Source: Octopus sinensis
Lineage: Eukaryota
DNA: 64,000 nt
NCBI RefSeq assembly: GCF_006345805.1
Contig: NW_021836126.1
Coordinates: 248,001 to 312,000 of the forward strand
Reading direction: 5' to 3'
This document shows, in pieces, positions 48,114 through 58,409 of the stretch. The notes under the pieces are model-generated. The model did no database searches. It was not told the origin of the DNA and worked only from the letters and a program-made list of their open reading frames with translations. Position numbers and translations under genes: made by a program. Position 1 is the first letter of the stretch. Every line of letters begins with the position of its first letter.

Positions 48114-48900
48114 TGTCACAGTCCAGACATGAGCCATGCCGGACGTGAGTCACTTTTCAAAAATTAATGAAAATAATGTGCCTCCGTCCTGTTTTATCAC
48201 TCTGTATGCAGATGTATCTATCTGGTCATACAGAGGATATTTTCTTGTGTTTTCATTTATATCTTTATCCATCCGTAAAAGTGCGTAATCTCCAACTGAT
48301 ATTTTCTCTTCATCAAATCTCCATCTTCTCCCTTTTTTCAGTTTTTCCCCCGCACTTTCCAAATTGTTAAGTACGTCTTCTTGCATTTTATTTACTTCTT
48401 CGCTTTCTTGATACCAAAATCTACTTCTTCGTATTCATTTTCTCCTTATCGTAAAATAATTTCATAATTACCAGTAAAAGCAAATAAAGACTGCATAATG
48501 TAATCATCTAGTTTTTTTTTAAATCCCACTCCCATAAAAATGTTAAATGGAATATGCTTTGTTGTGTCATGTTTAGAATTATTATATTCGTAGACAATTC
48601 TTTTAATAATTGCATGATATTCTTCAAACATTTCATTTGAAGCGCTTGTAGAAGAGATCCATCGTTTTATAGATTGGTTAAATCTTGAAATTAACAAAAT
48701 AAATATACCCCGTTCTACCTGACCTTGTATCCATGGGGCACGTGGTCTTCCACATATGTGCTCAGGGCCAAACTTTGTACACATTTCTTCCATCATATTG
48801 TTTTTGAACTCCTTTCCATTATCTGTTTGCAAGATTAATGGAGCTCCAATCATCATAAAAATGTTTTCAATAATAAGCACTATTTCTATTCTGCCATTAT
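48114..48900 (-). mobile_element. Ginger-like transposon 3' part with integrase core
   Basis: TIR TGTCACAGTCCAGAC at 48114; LQTDNGKEF..GRPRAPWIQGQVER; intron-like insert at the same site as in the 9398 copy. Confidence 0.8.
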
Positions 48901-48931
48901 AAACTGCTTTCGTTACTGCTCGGCGATTGTC

Positions 48932-49530
48932 GTGTTAAAGTCAGTTTATGCCCTGGTTCGACTACTGATTAACACGTTTCCCGAAGTCTTTTCCAATTCA
49001 AAAGTTGTCCTCATCAGGAACGAACTTGAAGAACTGCAAACACTAAACAATTCCTTCAACAAGTTTTTGAGTGATGCCTTCGTGAACACTGAGATGTTGA
49101 GTGGTGTCTTTATTTCTAGGTTGAATACATCCTCTATCAATGTGATATACAACTCTTTGTCCTTGCTAAAGATTGGGATGGAGTGTTATCCGACATACGC
49201 TGATCTATTTTTGCCTCAGGCATTGAGATGCGCCCGAAGACTTGTCACTTATTTCATCGATAATCAGCGTTTCCAGTGCGAAGGGTTGCACTCAGCTCTG
49301 TCCAGTAATGGTGCATTCGAATGTGTGTAGTCACTGATTTAATTTCAACTGCTATACACATAATCAAGCATCGTTGTGGAGTTATGAATCCCAAAAACCA
49401 GCGATAATTCCTAACTATGCTACAAGAACTAATATTAGGGACAAATGACACCAAAATTGTGACTTCGATATTAAATGCTGTAGAAACGTGAATATTGAAT
49501 GCAGTCAGATCTCCCCTTTACTCATTTAAT
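48932..49530 (+). pseudogene. TRRAP: TRRAP/Tra1-like HEAT-region fragment
   Basis: YNSLSLLKIGMECYPTYADLFL..TDLISTAIHIIKHRCGVM..FLTMLQELILGTNDTKIVTSILNAVET*I resembles the recalled TRRAP segment; TAA, TGA and a frameshift. Confidence 0.55.
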
Positions 49531-50139
49531 TAGTCTAGCCAGTCCCAGTCACTATTTCCTAGTGAACAAAACAAAAATTCTCCAATTGAATCCGAAAATG
49601 TATTTTTTGACGGCTTTATAATTTTACAGGAGGAAGAAAATCCGAACTAATTTAATAATTAAATTTGAAAAATTTGTTTATCCTTTAAAACTTGAACAAA
49701 TTGAAGATCCTTAATTTAGATTTGTATTACATTGCTCAAAAATAATTACGATACTTCTCGTTTTCGGATTTTATAATTTAATAGGGATCATTACCAACAC
49801 ATTTTGTTTTATTGTTAAAAAATCCTGAGTATTTACTATTTTTAAAAAAGAATTAAAAAATTGTCATTTTAATTTTCAGCCATTTGTTCTAATTATAACA
49901 TTGCATTATTATTTTGTATTGAATGACGTCGCATTGTCATCTTTAATTATTTAGGGGGATAGTCATTAGTTTGGTATTATTATCTATGCAAAATAAGTTG
50001 GCCGATTTCTGGACTAAATGGCTACCCACATATTGATTACAGTTGTAATTCAAATAGCCAGATAAACGCTAATAAAACTCGATATTTGGTATAAAAATGA
50101 GGCAATCGGAGAAAATGTATTTGGCGACTTTGTTTATCG

Positions 50140-50205
50140 TTTTCTAAAAGTCGACACGAGTACAAATATGTGGTCAATGGGGTCTGGAGGGTCAATCACA
50201 ACGAG
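50140..50205 (+). pseudogene. CBM48/AMPK-beta-like glycogen-binding fragment
   Basis: SRHEYKYVVNGVWRV resembles GxHEYKFxVDGxW; short and isolated. Confidence 0.35.
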
Positions 50206-50318
50206 GTGGAGCGGTTGTTTATTTGGGTAGAAAACTATTCAAAGTCCTTTAAATACTCTTAATAATGTGATTTCAATATCCAGGGGGACTTTGATGTGCA
50301 TGAAGTACTTAAACAAGA

Positions 50319-50744
50319 GTTGTTGTTGTTGTTGCATAACCCCGGTCTCACATTAGGGTATGAGACCGGCGGCTAGCAGAAACAACAGCGCCTTCGCGGG
50401 TTGCTCCCAAAGGACCTCGGGGGAGTGGACAGCAAATTTCCTGCGGACAGGGAGGAGAACAGGGCAGCGGAAAAGGTGATCAGTTGAGTGATCTTCGGCA
50501 CAGCAGAGGTTGCATACCGGGGAGATCACGACGTTCAATGAGTGAGCGTAGGAGTTTAGTGAGTGGTGATGGCCCGAGCGGAAACGAGCAAGGTTGATCT
50601 GAGCGGAACGCTCCAGAAGCATTTCGGAGGGGTGAACTTCCGGAGGAAGTTTGTTAAGGACAGAGTTAGGCTTCAGCCTTAGAATGGACAACGTTGAAAT
50701 GAAGTCGTGGATTTTTTTCATTGGCTGTGAACATTGGTTTAGGC
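50319..50744 (-). mobile_element. Ingi/Vingi-like LINE 3' end with zinc knuckle and (CAA)n tail, cut by the hAT
   Basis: LARFRSGHHHSLNSY..CNLCCAEDHSTDHLFRCP; (GTT)n at 50319-50333. Confidence 0.75.
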
Positions 50745-52881
50745 CAGGGGTCACCAAACTTTTTGCACTCGCGGGCCGGATTGACCCCAACACAATGAAC
50801 GCGGGCCGGAGCACGTGCATAGGATTATAATTTTACTAGAAATTCATAAGTGTGTTTTTTACAATAAAAACTAATTTAAACAAAAATAAAGTAAACAAAA
50901 ATTTTAATGAGAGCTATGGAACTGTGATCTTTTTTTGATAAGTTCATCAATATTTGGTTTTAAATTGCTGCATCCTATCATGAGAATTGATTTTAAGTGT
51001 CCGTCAGTCAATCTTGCACGATGGGCAGACTTAACATATTTCATCCTCGAAAACGTTTGCTCACATTGGTAAGTTGTGCCAAATATAGAAATCATCTTTA
51101 TCGCAAAATTCTTTAGTCTCGGAAACTCATCATCCTTGAGATATTCGTAGAACTCAGCGAGTTTGGTCCGTCTGTGACAATCTTTGAGCTGTTCATTTGA
51201 TTGTAAGTCAATAACTTCTAATTGTAATTCATGTTGAACATTTTCAACATTACAAGAAAATGGATTTTCGAACAAAATTATATCGCTTTCAATTTTGTCA
51301 AGTTCAGAAAACTTATGTAAAAAATGATGTTTTAATTCTTTGATAATTCCAATTTGGAAAGTAATGTCGATCTCATTACAGTTTGCCTCACAAAAACTTT
51401 TAAAACAAGAAAAGTGTGAAAACTGACGTACTCCAAGTTGTGACTCGAATAACATCAATTTTTGTCGAAATGCTTTAATTATCCTGTAGAAATCACAAAT
51501 TAAGTTTTCCTTTCCTTGTAATTTCAGATTTAGCTCATTCATGTGAGTTGTAACATCAACCAAAAATGATAATTTTGATAGCCAAGCAAGATCTGATAAT
51601 TCGGGATAATAGTTATTTTTACTGGTTAGAAAAATATCAATCTCACTTCGGAGTTTATAAAATCTATTTAATACATTACCACAGCTAAGCCATCTAACTG
51701 CAGTGTAATATGGTAAGTCAAAATATTCAGATCCAAAATCGTCAAGTAAAACTTTAAACTGACGGTGATTAAGTGAGCTCCCTCGAACAAAGTTTATTAT
51801 GCGAATAACTGGATTCAACACACATGAAATATTAAGAGCCTTCGCACATAGTGCGTGCTGATGAAGGATGCAATGAATGAACAAAGTGTTTGAAATATGT
51901 AATTCCTCCAATTTATTAGTTATTTGCCCAACTAGACCCTTTTTAGAACCAGCCATATTCTTTGCCCCGTCAATCGTAACACAACTCAGTTTCTCCCATT
52001 CAAGGTTATAGTCACTTATAGTTTGTTCCAATTCATCAAAAATATCTTTTCCAGTGGTTGTTCCATGAATAGAACAAACAGATGCCAGTTCTTCAGTTAT
52101 GGAAATATTCTCATCAACTCCACGAATAAAAATAAGAAGTTGCGATGTTCCCGAAATGTCAACTGACTCATCCAATGCAAGAGAATACCACAACATATTA
52201 CTTGTCTTTTCACAAATTTGTAAATATATATTTTTTCCAAGCTCTTCAGTTCTCCGTGATACAGAACTCGCCGACAAACTTATTCCATCAAATAAGGAAG
52301 AATTTAGTGGGCACAAACAATTAACTGCTTCAATAATGCAATTTTTGATATACATCCCATCACTAAAGGGTTTCCCGTGTTGTGAAATAATTTTCGTTAT
52401 CTCGTATCCAGCTCTTGTTACATTTTCATTATTTTCAAAATTTTTTTTTATAAGGCCTTGTTGAATTTGTAAAGTGCGTTTCAGTGATTCAACTTTATCC
52501 TCACGTAGCTTTCCAGTGTACTTGGAATATATCGGAGCATGATTCGTTTCATAATGACGTCGAATGTTATACTCCTTCATAACAGAGAGATGTTCGTGGC
52601 ATATTAAACAATAAGCTTTCTGCTTTAATTCATCTTTCGCAAAAAAATACTTCAATTCCCATAATTTATTGAATACACGGCATTCGCGGTCAACCTTTCT
52701 TTTCATATTAGACATAGCAACAAAGAAAAATTTAACGTTAATGCTGATAAGTTTTTTTTCGAATTAAATCTTGCAAAATAGTTTAATTTTTTAATTAAAG
52801 TTTTTATTTAAGTTAATTATTAAGGTATTAATTGAATATCCGGATAAAATGTTGTCGCGGGCCGTAGTTTGGTGACGTCTG
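50745..52881 (-). mobile_element. hAT transposon (SPIN/GTF2IRD2-like) with TIRs and an intact ORF
   Basis: 16-bp TIRs CAGGGGTCACCAAACT (50745) / CAGACGTCACCAAACT (reverse complement, 52866-52881); subterminal GCGGGCCG motifs. Confidence 0.92.
50904..52715 (-). CDS. hAT transposase, 603 aa, uninterrupted
   Basis: ALDES, VTIDGA, HCILHQH, VRWLS, TYQCEQTFS catalytic and structural motifs. Confidence 0.92.
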   Translation of the reverse strand: MSNMKRKVDRECRVFNKLWELKYFFAKDELKQKAYCLICHEHLSVMKEYNIRRHYETNHAPIYSKYTGKLREDKVESLKRTLQIQQGLIKKNFENNENVTRAGYEITKIISQHGKPFSDGMYIKNCIIEAVNCLCPLNSSLFDGISLSASSVSRRTEELGKNIYLQICEKTSNMLWYSLALDESVDISGTSQLLIFIRGVDENISITEELASVCSIHGTTTGKDIFDELEQTISDYNLEWEKLSCVTIDGAKNMAGSKKGLVGQITNKLEELHISNTLFIHCILHQHALCAKALNISCVLNPVIRIINFVRGSSLNHRQFKVLLDDFGSEYFDLPYYTAVRWLSCGNVLNRFYKLRSEIDIFLTSKNNYYPELSDLAWLSKLSFLVDVTTHMNELNLKLQGKENLICDFYRIIKAFRQKLMLFESQLGVRQFSHFSCFKSFCEANCNEIDITFQIGIIKELKHHFLHKFSELDKIESDIILFENPFSCNVENVQHELQLEVIDLQSNEQLKDCHRRTKLAEFYEYLKDDEFPRLKNFAIKMISIFGTTYQCEQTFSRMKYVKSAHRARLTDGHLKSILMIGCSNLKPNIDELIKKRSQFHSSH

Positions 52882-53421
52882 CCTTATAGTATACATACCA
52901 ACATATAGCTTTTATTAGTTTATGCTTTTCAGATGACTTTTTCAGATATTTATCTGATTTATTAATAAAAAGCTAAAGAAAACTGGTTGTGACTTAACTG
53001 ATTCTTGTTGGTTTGTCAAACTTAACATTTTATTTTGATTATTTTTAAACCATTTTATTACTCTAGAATCAATACACTTATGAAATTTACAAAGCATACA
53101 GAATATCTATAATTCCATCAATATTTTGAGAAAGAAATAATTTGGAAATTTAATTCATCAAGTATATCAGACTTTAACGCTCAAGTTTGGAAACACTGTG
53201 GGTATCAAGTTCTATATTTTATAAAAAGTAGATGTGGTGACAAGTTTTTACTGATGCATTATTCAATGTCTTGAAAAGTGTATTGAAAAGTGTATTTAAG
53301 ATAGCTAGCTAACACCTTTCAAAGCTTATAGTAGTCAACTGTATTTTAGAGGGATATAAAAGTATCTATTCGATGGCTGCAAATAAAATCATTAGACAAC
53401 GAAGGTACGAATTGCTCCTTC

Positions 53422-53735
53422 TTGGATTATAACCCAGACAGTCACAGGACAAGTCGAACCCAAGTTCAAGGATTCCCCAGTGACCAGTTGATATTGATGA
53501 TTCAAGACACAAATGTCGGGCCAGTAATAACCAAATGTACAGTCAAAGCACACGGACAGACCAATGTTACCATTCGATATGAAATAATATACGACCACAC
53601 TTTTGCTGTGCCCAATGTTATTTTTCAGTCTTCAATTCGTCACTCACATTGCACCAAGTTATGACTCTCTTGGAATTAGGAGACAACGGGGACGACGAAT
53701 GTATTCTCATGCAGACGTACCACCCTCTCACCTCA
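53422..53735 (+). pseudogene. Possible ATG10-like (E2-like) fragment
   Basis: YEIIYDHTFAVPNVIF and LMQTYHP resemble the ATG10 Y-x-x-x-Y-S-x-S-Y-x-V-P and TQxEHP motifs; catalytic HPC absent; frameshifted. Confidence 0.3.
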
Positions 53736-53744
53736 GTTTCAAAA

Positions 53745-54318
53745 CTCTTTATTGCCTCTGCCGTGTCCAATGGTCTCCCAATCGTCCTGGATGCGGTTTT
53801 CAGGTTTTTATTATTTCGAGGACTCTTTGAAAATGGTGGCAGAGTTCCTCGAAATTATTCGCGGACAAAAACAAGCAATTCTAACCCCCCAACATCCGGG
53901 AAATGGACTTGCTGGTCAAGACTTGTTTCCCGGCTTGTATCAGATCTTCAGACAGGCAGGACTGTGTGAGAAGACTAAGTGAAAGACTTGGAGTCACTAT
54001 TCTAGCTAAGGGGGAGGATGATTTGGACTCCGATGGCCAGGAGGGTGTGTTTGTGATGTTATGAGGTCAGTTCTGGAATCCAGATGTGAGGGATCCCCTC
54101 GCCGGTGTGGGGGACAAGGGGATTTGCTAGCAGAAATAACCGCCTTGTTTGCAAGTTGGGTTCTTAATGGAGGAGATTCAATTTCTACTGCGGCCTACGC
54201 TGCCTCTGTCCTAACAAGAGAGAGTTCGAGGAGGGCATTCGAAAAGTACGGGCGAGGAGTAGTGACTGCCAACATTGTTGATGAAATTTCTTATTCTTTT
54301 CGGAAAATATTCGTTTGA
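53745..54318 (+). pseudogene. NAXD: NAD(P)HX dehydratase C-terminal half
   Basis: LPIVLDA-DSL, ILTPN, LAKG, GSPRRCGGQGDLL; introns 53796-53820 (25 nt) and 54045-54070 (26 nt); +1 C in run 53885-53890. Confidence 0.85.
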
Positions 54319-54617
54319 CTGTTGTTTCCTTCTGATTATCAGCAACACTTTCTATTCTCTGTTAGTTAGGTTCGTTTAATTTGTCGGCTATTACTGGACT
54401 AGAATCCTCTCAATATTAAAAGAAGAAATTCAGCATACTCAAAGTTTTTTTTCGAAAATGCAGGGAGTGGACGAGCCTTGCAACTTGCCAAACTGTCTAT
54501 AAGCAGTACATGGAACCCACAATTAGCTAGGCCTGCACGGCGTGGGCAAGTACGATCAGCTACACAAATCGGGAAAAAATTTCGAAAATTCAATTAAGAA
54601 TTTGCAAAACTTTTAAA

Positions 54618-55880
54618 CAGCGGTTCTCAAGAATTTTGGACCAGGGGTCGTACAAATCAATTTTTTTATTTATAGGGGCTGCACATTTTTTGGTCAACTT
54701 AATGAAGTTAAAATATTTGTTATTTCAGTTCGAACGGAAGAAAATAAATATTATTTTTGTTGTACTGGTACATGCAATTTAGAGTTGAGTCTTATCGCCG
54801 CACATTTGCTATATAACTTAATGAATGAAAAAAATGAAAAAAATTATAAACTATTTAGTCTTATTTTCAAAATCTGGTGCGGCCGAGGTCCGCAACAAGT
54901 GAATTAGATGGACAGCCGTTGGTCTATTGCGGTATCTTCTTAATTTTATCCATTTTGCTGAAAATCAATTGACATACGTATGTCGATCCGAAAATTGAAG
55001 CATTCATATATGCATTATTCACAAGATTCTTAAATTTTTATTTAGGTAGACATTGTTAAAATTTTAAAAGGGAAGTATTATAAAATAGGGCACTCAGCTC
55101 TAAATTTGTTGTCAAATCACTTAATTCCATTTGGAATCGTACAGGAAATTCTCCAATTTTGACATCAAAAGTCTCGAAATATTTTCATTAAGGATAAGTT
55201 TTCTCTGAAATTATTTTTGGTATATTTGTAATTTAACCTCAAAGCGGCACTCAAATTGAGAAATTAAGTCGCTAATTATTGATATATATTTTTTCATAAT
55301 ATGCGCTTTTCTTATTTTCCGAGAGCATTAGAAAATGCGAAGTATCTCTATTTGAAAGCTGAATCTTCCATAAATATAATTTTTTTACAAAAGAGGATAT
55401 AAATCCATATAATTGGTGGCAAAGCTTGTCTTTTCCTTGTAAATCAGTGTTTAAATCCGAAAGATGTAAGGACAAATCAACAAAAAATGCCAAGTCTGCA
55501 GCCCATTTTTGATCATTCAGTTGAGTATATTGTTGTTTATCAGGAATAAACTCTTTAATTTCAGGAAACAATTTATAAAATCTACCATTAATTTATAATT
55601 ATCATAAACCTTTTTAAACATCAGAACGACTCAACCATCTAAATATAACATCTCCATAATCGGCATCAATATCATTTAAAAAAGTTTGAAGTTTCGATGA
55701 TTGAGGGCGTCCGTCCTTATCCAATTGACCATGGATACAACGATTTTTGAAACATGTTCCATTTTTATTGTTTTTTTAATTAATTTTTCCTGATGAACAA
55801 CACAATGATGCCATATAATAGGATCAAATTTATTTTCGAATCTATAATCTCTCATTCGCCCTTGACACACCCGTCGCGCA
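54618..55880 (-). mobile_element. Degenerate hAT, 3' part
   Basis: HCVVHQ, NWIRTDALNHRNF, LAFFVDL..LNTDLQGK; terminus-like CAGCGGTTCTCAA at 54618. Confidence 0.75.
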
Positions 55881-57828
55881 CCTACAAAAAAATGTACGGG
55901 AACAAGGGAAGAAAGTCAGAGAAAAATGAGGACCCTCCTTAGAAAAGCTGAAATCACCTGATTAGTTATTTTGTGTTTTTAAACTGTGGTCTTGGTTGAA
56001 TAATAATTAGCCGTGCATGTCAATCGATTTGTATAATGTAACTAAACAGTCTTCTTATGTCCCTTTTATGGTTGCTAGTTCTACGTCTTTGAGTTTAATG
56101 TGTATATATTTTTCTTTATTAACTAAATCGTAGACATATTCCTATTATTTCTTCAGATTTTTGTAGTTTTGTTAATTTCTGATTTTTTTCTTATTTCGAA
56201 AGAAACTTGCATTTCTGGAATTGCAGGAGTTTTCTATCTCGAGTCTCATCCACTTATATTGTCCAGAAATACGTCAAATTTCGTAGTTGTTGAATTCTTT
56301 GGAAACTCACTTACATTAGAAATTCGTGCACATTAATACAACGGAGTCTAAGCACATTCCCAACTGCGCCAACGCAGATTTTGACAACGCCTTTCGACTA
56401 ATGGTTATTTTAGGGAATATCTCGTTTTGTGTTGTGGTGGGGTGTTTAATCCGGGAGTGTTGAATAAAGAATGTGGGGATGCTGAGAATTATGCCTTGTT
56501 TGAGTCTAGAAAGTGTAAATCGGCTCAAAAAGAAGACAAGTTAGCTCACAGGCAACGACTTCTTAAACGAAAAGAACGTTTGAGGCGACGTGGAATGTTT
56601 GGTTGTTATTTATACTCCAGTCAAGTGCGGAATGACACCAAATACTCGGGAAGAAAACGACATAAAATCAAGTGGTAGTTCTCGAATTAAGTATTATTAC
56701 TTATTCTTTTATATACTTTAAATTGAGTTTTGTTAGTTCTGAGTTAATAGTGTGTTTGTCTATATGGGGCAGTCCCCGTCAATTTTTGGTAACTCGCCGC
56801 TTAGATTTTAGAAACTGTCCTGTTTTGAAATAACAAATGCAGAGTTAAAATTTGAAATTTTTGACCACCTAAGCAGTATTTGTTTGCTCTGGTAATGTTT
56901 GGGAACGGATTGGTTTGGTCTGTGATGAATTTGATTTGATCAAATTAAAAAATGTTTAATTATGTTCCGAGTTATTTTAAAGTATATTTTTTGAAGCTTT
57001 TTTCATTTTTGATTTAAATGACTGGGCGTCTAAGGAACGGTAAAATAAATTGGAATAATCTTGGCAAAGGGATTCTTGTATTTCTTTTATGTTTTCTTCA
57101 ATCTTTGTCCTCATTTCTCGTTTTATGTTTTCCCGTTCCTAGCGACAATGAAATAAATGTCTTACCAGTTTCAACTCCTTAGCGATCTTATTCTCCTGAT
57201 TGTGACTCTGAATGGTCTCTTTCTTCAACTTATCGATTCTATCTTGATACATCCTTTTCATATTAGTCAGTCTCGATTGCTTTTTATTGGCGACTTGTTT
57301 TAGTTTATTTTTCTTATGCTCAATAATATCCCGAACTGCCTCCTTCTGAATGTGCAAACAGTCGTTAAAGTTTTGAAAAAATATCTATTTTTATATTTCT
57401 AAAAATTACAGCTTCCTCTTGACGCTGGGCGCTCAACATTCGACTTCTATTACTCACAGTCATATCGTTGTAGTAACGATAGGCTCTTGGACATTCGGAA
57501 ACACAGCCTTGTGAATCCTATCATCTCCGACGTAGATTGTTAAGATTAAATTTATCTAAGTATTTTAAATGATTATTCTAATATGAAATGTGTATTTCGC
57601 ATTTTGTTGATTAAAATATACTCAAATTTTACCGAGATTATGAAAACATTCCATAGGCTTGGTTAATACTTCCTCCACATAACTGGAAAACGTCATTAAA
57701 TAGTCAAAATTACTCAAATGATATTCCGGATATCCTTATATGGACATTCCCGATAAATAACTTGTGCCTTTTTTGAATCTCTCGTCTATAGTAGTGACTT
57801 GGAACTTTAATGGAGACGCAGACAAAAA

Positions 57829-58089
57829 TTAGCTAATATACAGGTCCGATTGATAATGAAATTTGTCATTTGAGCAATAATCAAGATAAAACATTGTGCT
57901 CTTATTCCCAGAAGTTGGTAAATCGTGTAGAAATAAATTCAATAAGGAAGGGGATAAATGGGAGACTTCGAGGAACTCCATTCGAGAGCAGTGTTGATTT
58001 TCTGACTTTTCAACGATGAAAAATTGAGAAATTTTCTCGCATAGCATAATGTAATGGATCTTCTTAAGGAAACATTCAGTAAACGACAT
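57829..58089 (-). mobile_element. Degenerate LINE RT fragment
   Basis: SHLSPSLLNLFLHDLP resembles GSPLSPTLFNLFLNDLP of the element at 1143-4371. Confidence 0.5.
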
Positions 58090-58409
58090 TAAAGGATACT
58101 TATGAAATTTTGGAAAAACAAATTCAAATTTAGTCTCGTCTTTAATTAAATACAGTTTAAAACCTTTTGCTATTATGAAAACTTAAATTTTTTTATTTGT
58201 ACAAATAATTATTTTGAAATAAAATTTCTAGAAGAAAAACCATCACACTTTTAGCAATAATCCAAATGAAATATCTAAAGTTAAAATATCTAAAAAAATC
58301 TCATTATTGCGTTTTAAAATTATAATTTTAAACATGACGCTTTGCAATCTGCGCAAATTCGATATTTATACAATATTTAAACTAAAACCGAACCTGATTT
58401 CAACGAAGC

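Noticed and set aside
50745-50820. N-terminal part of ORF 50353..50820
   Set aside because: It reads through the hAT terminal repeat into the LINE remnant; a junction artefact.
56300-57600. Coiled-coil-like ORF fragments with a possible 27-nt intron
   Set aside because: Probably a host gene remnant, but no family motif was recognised, so it is not annotated.
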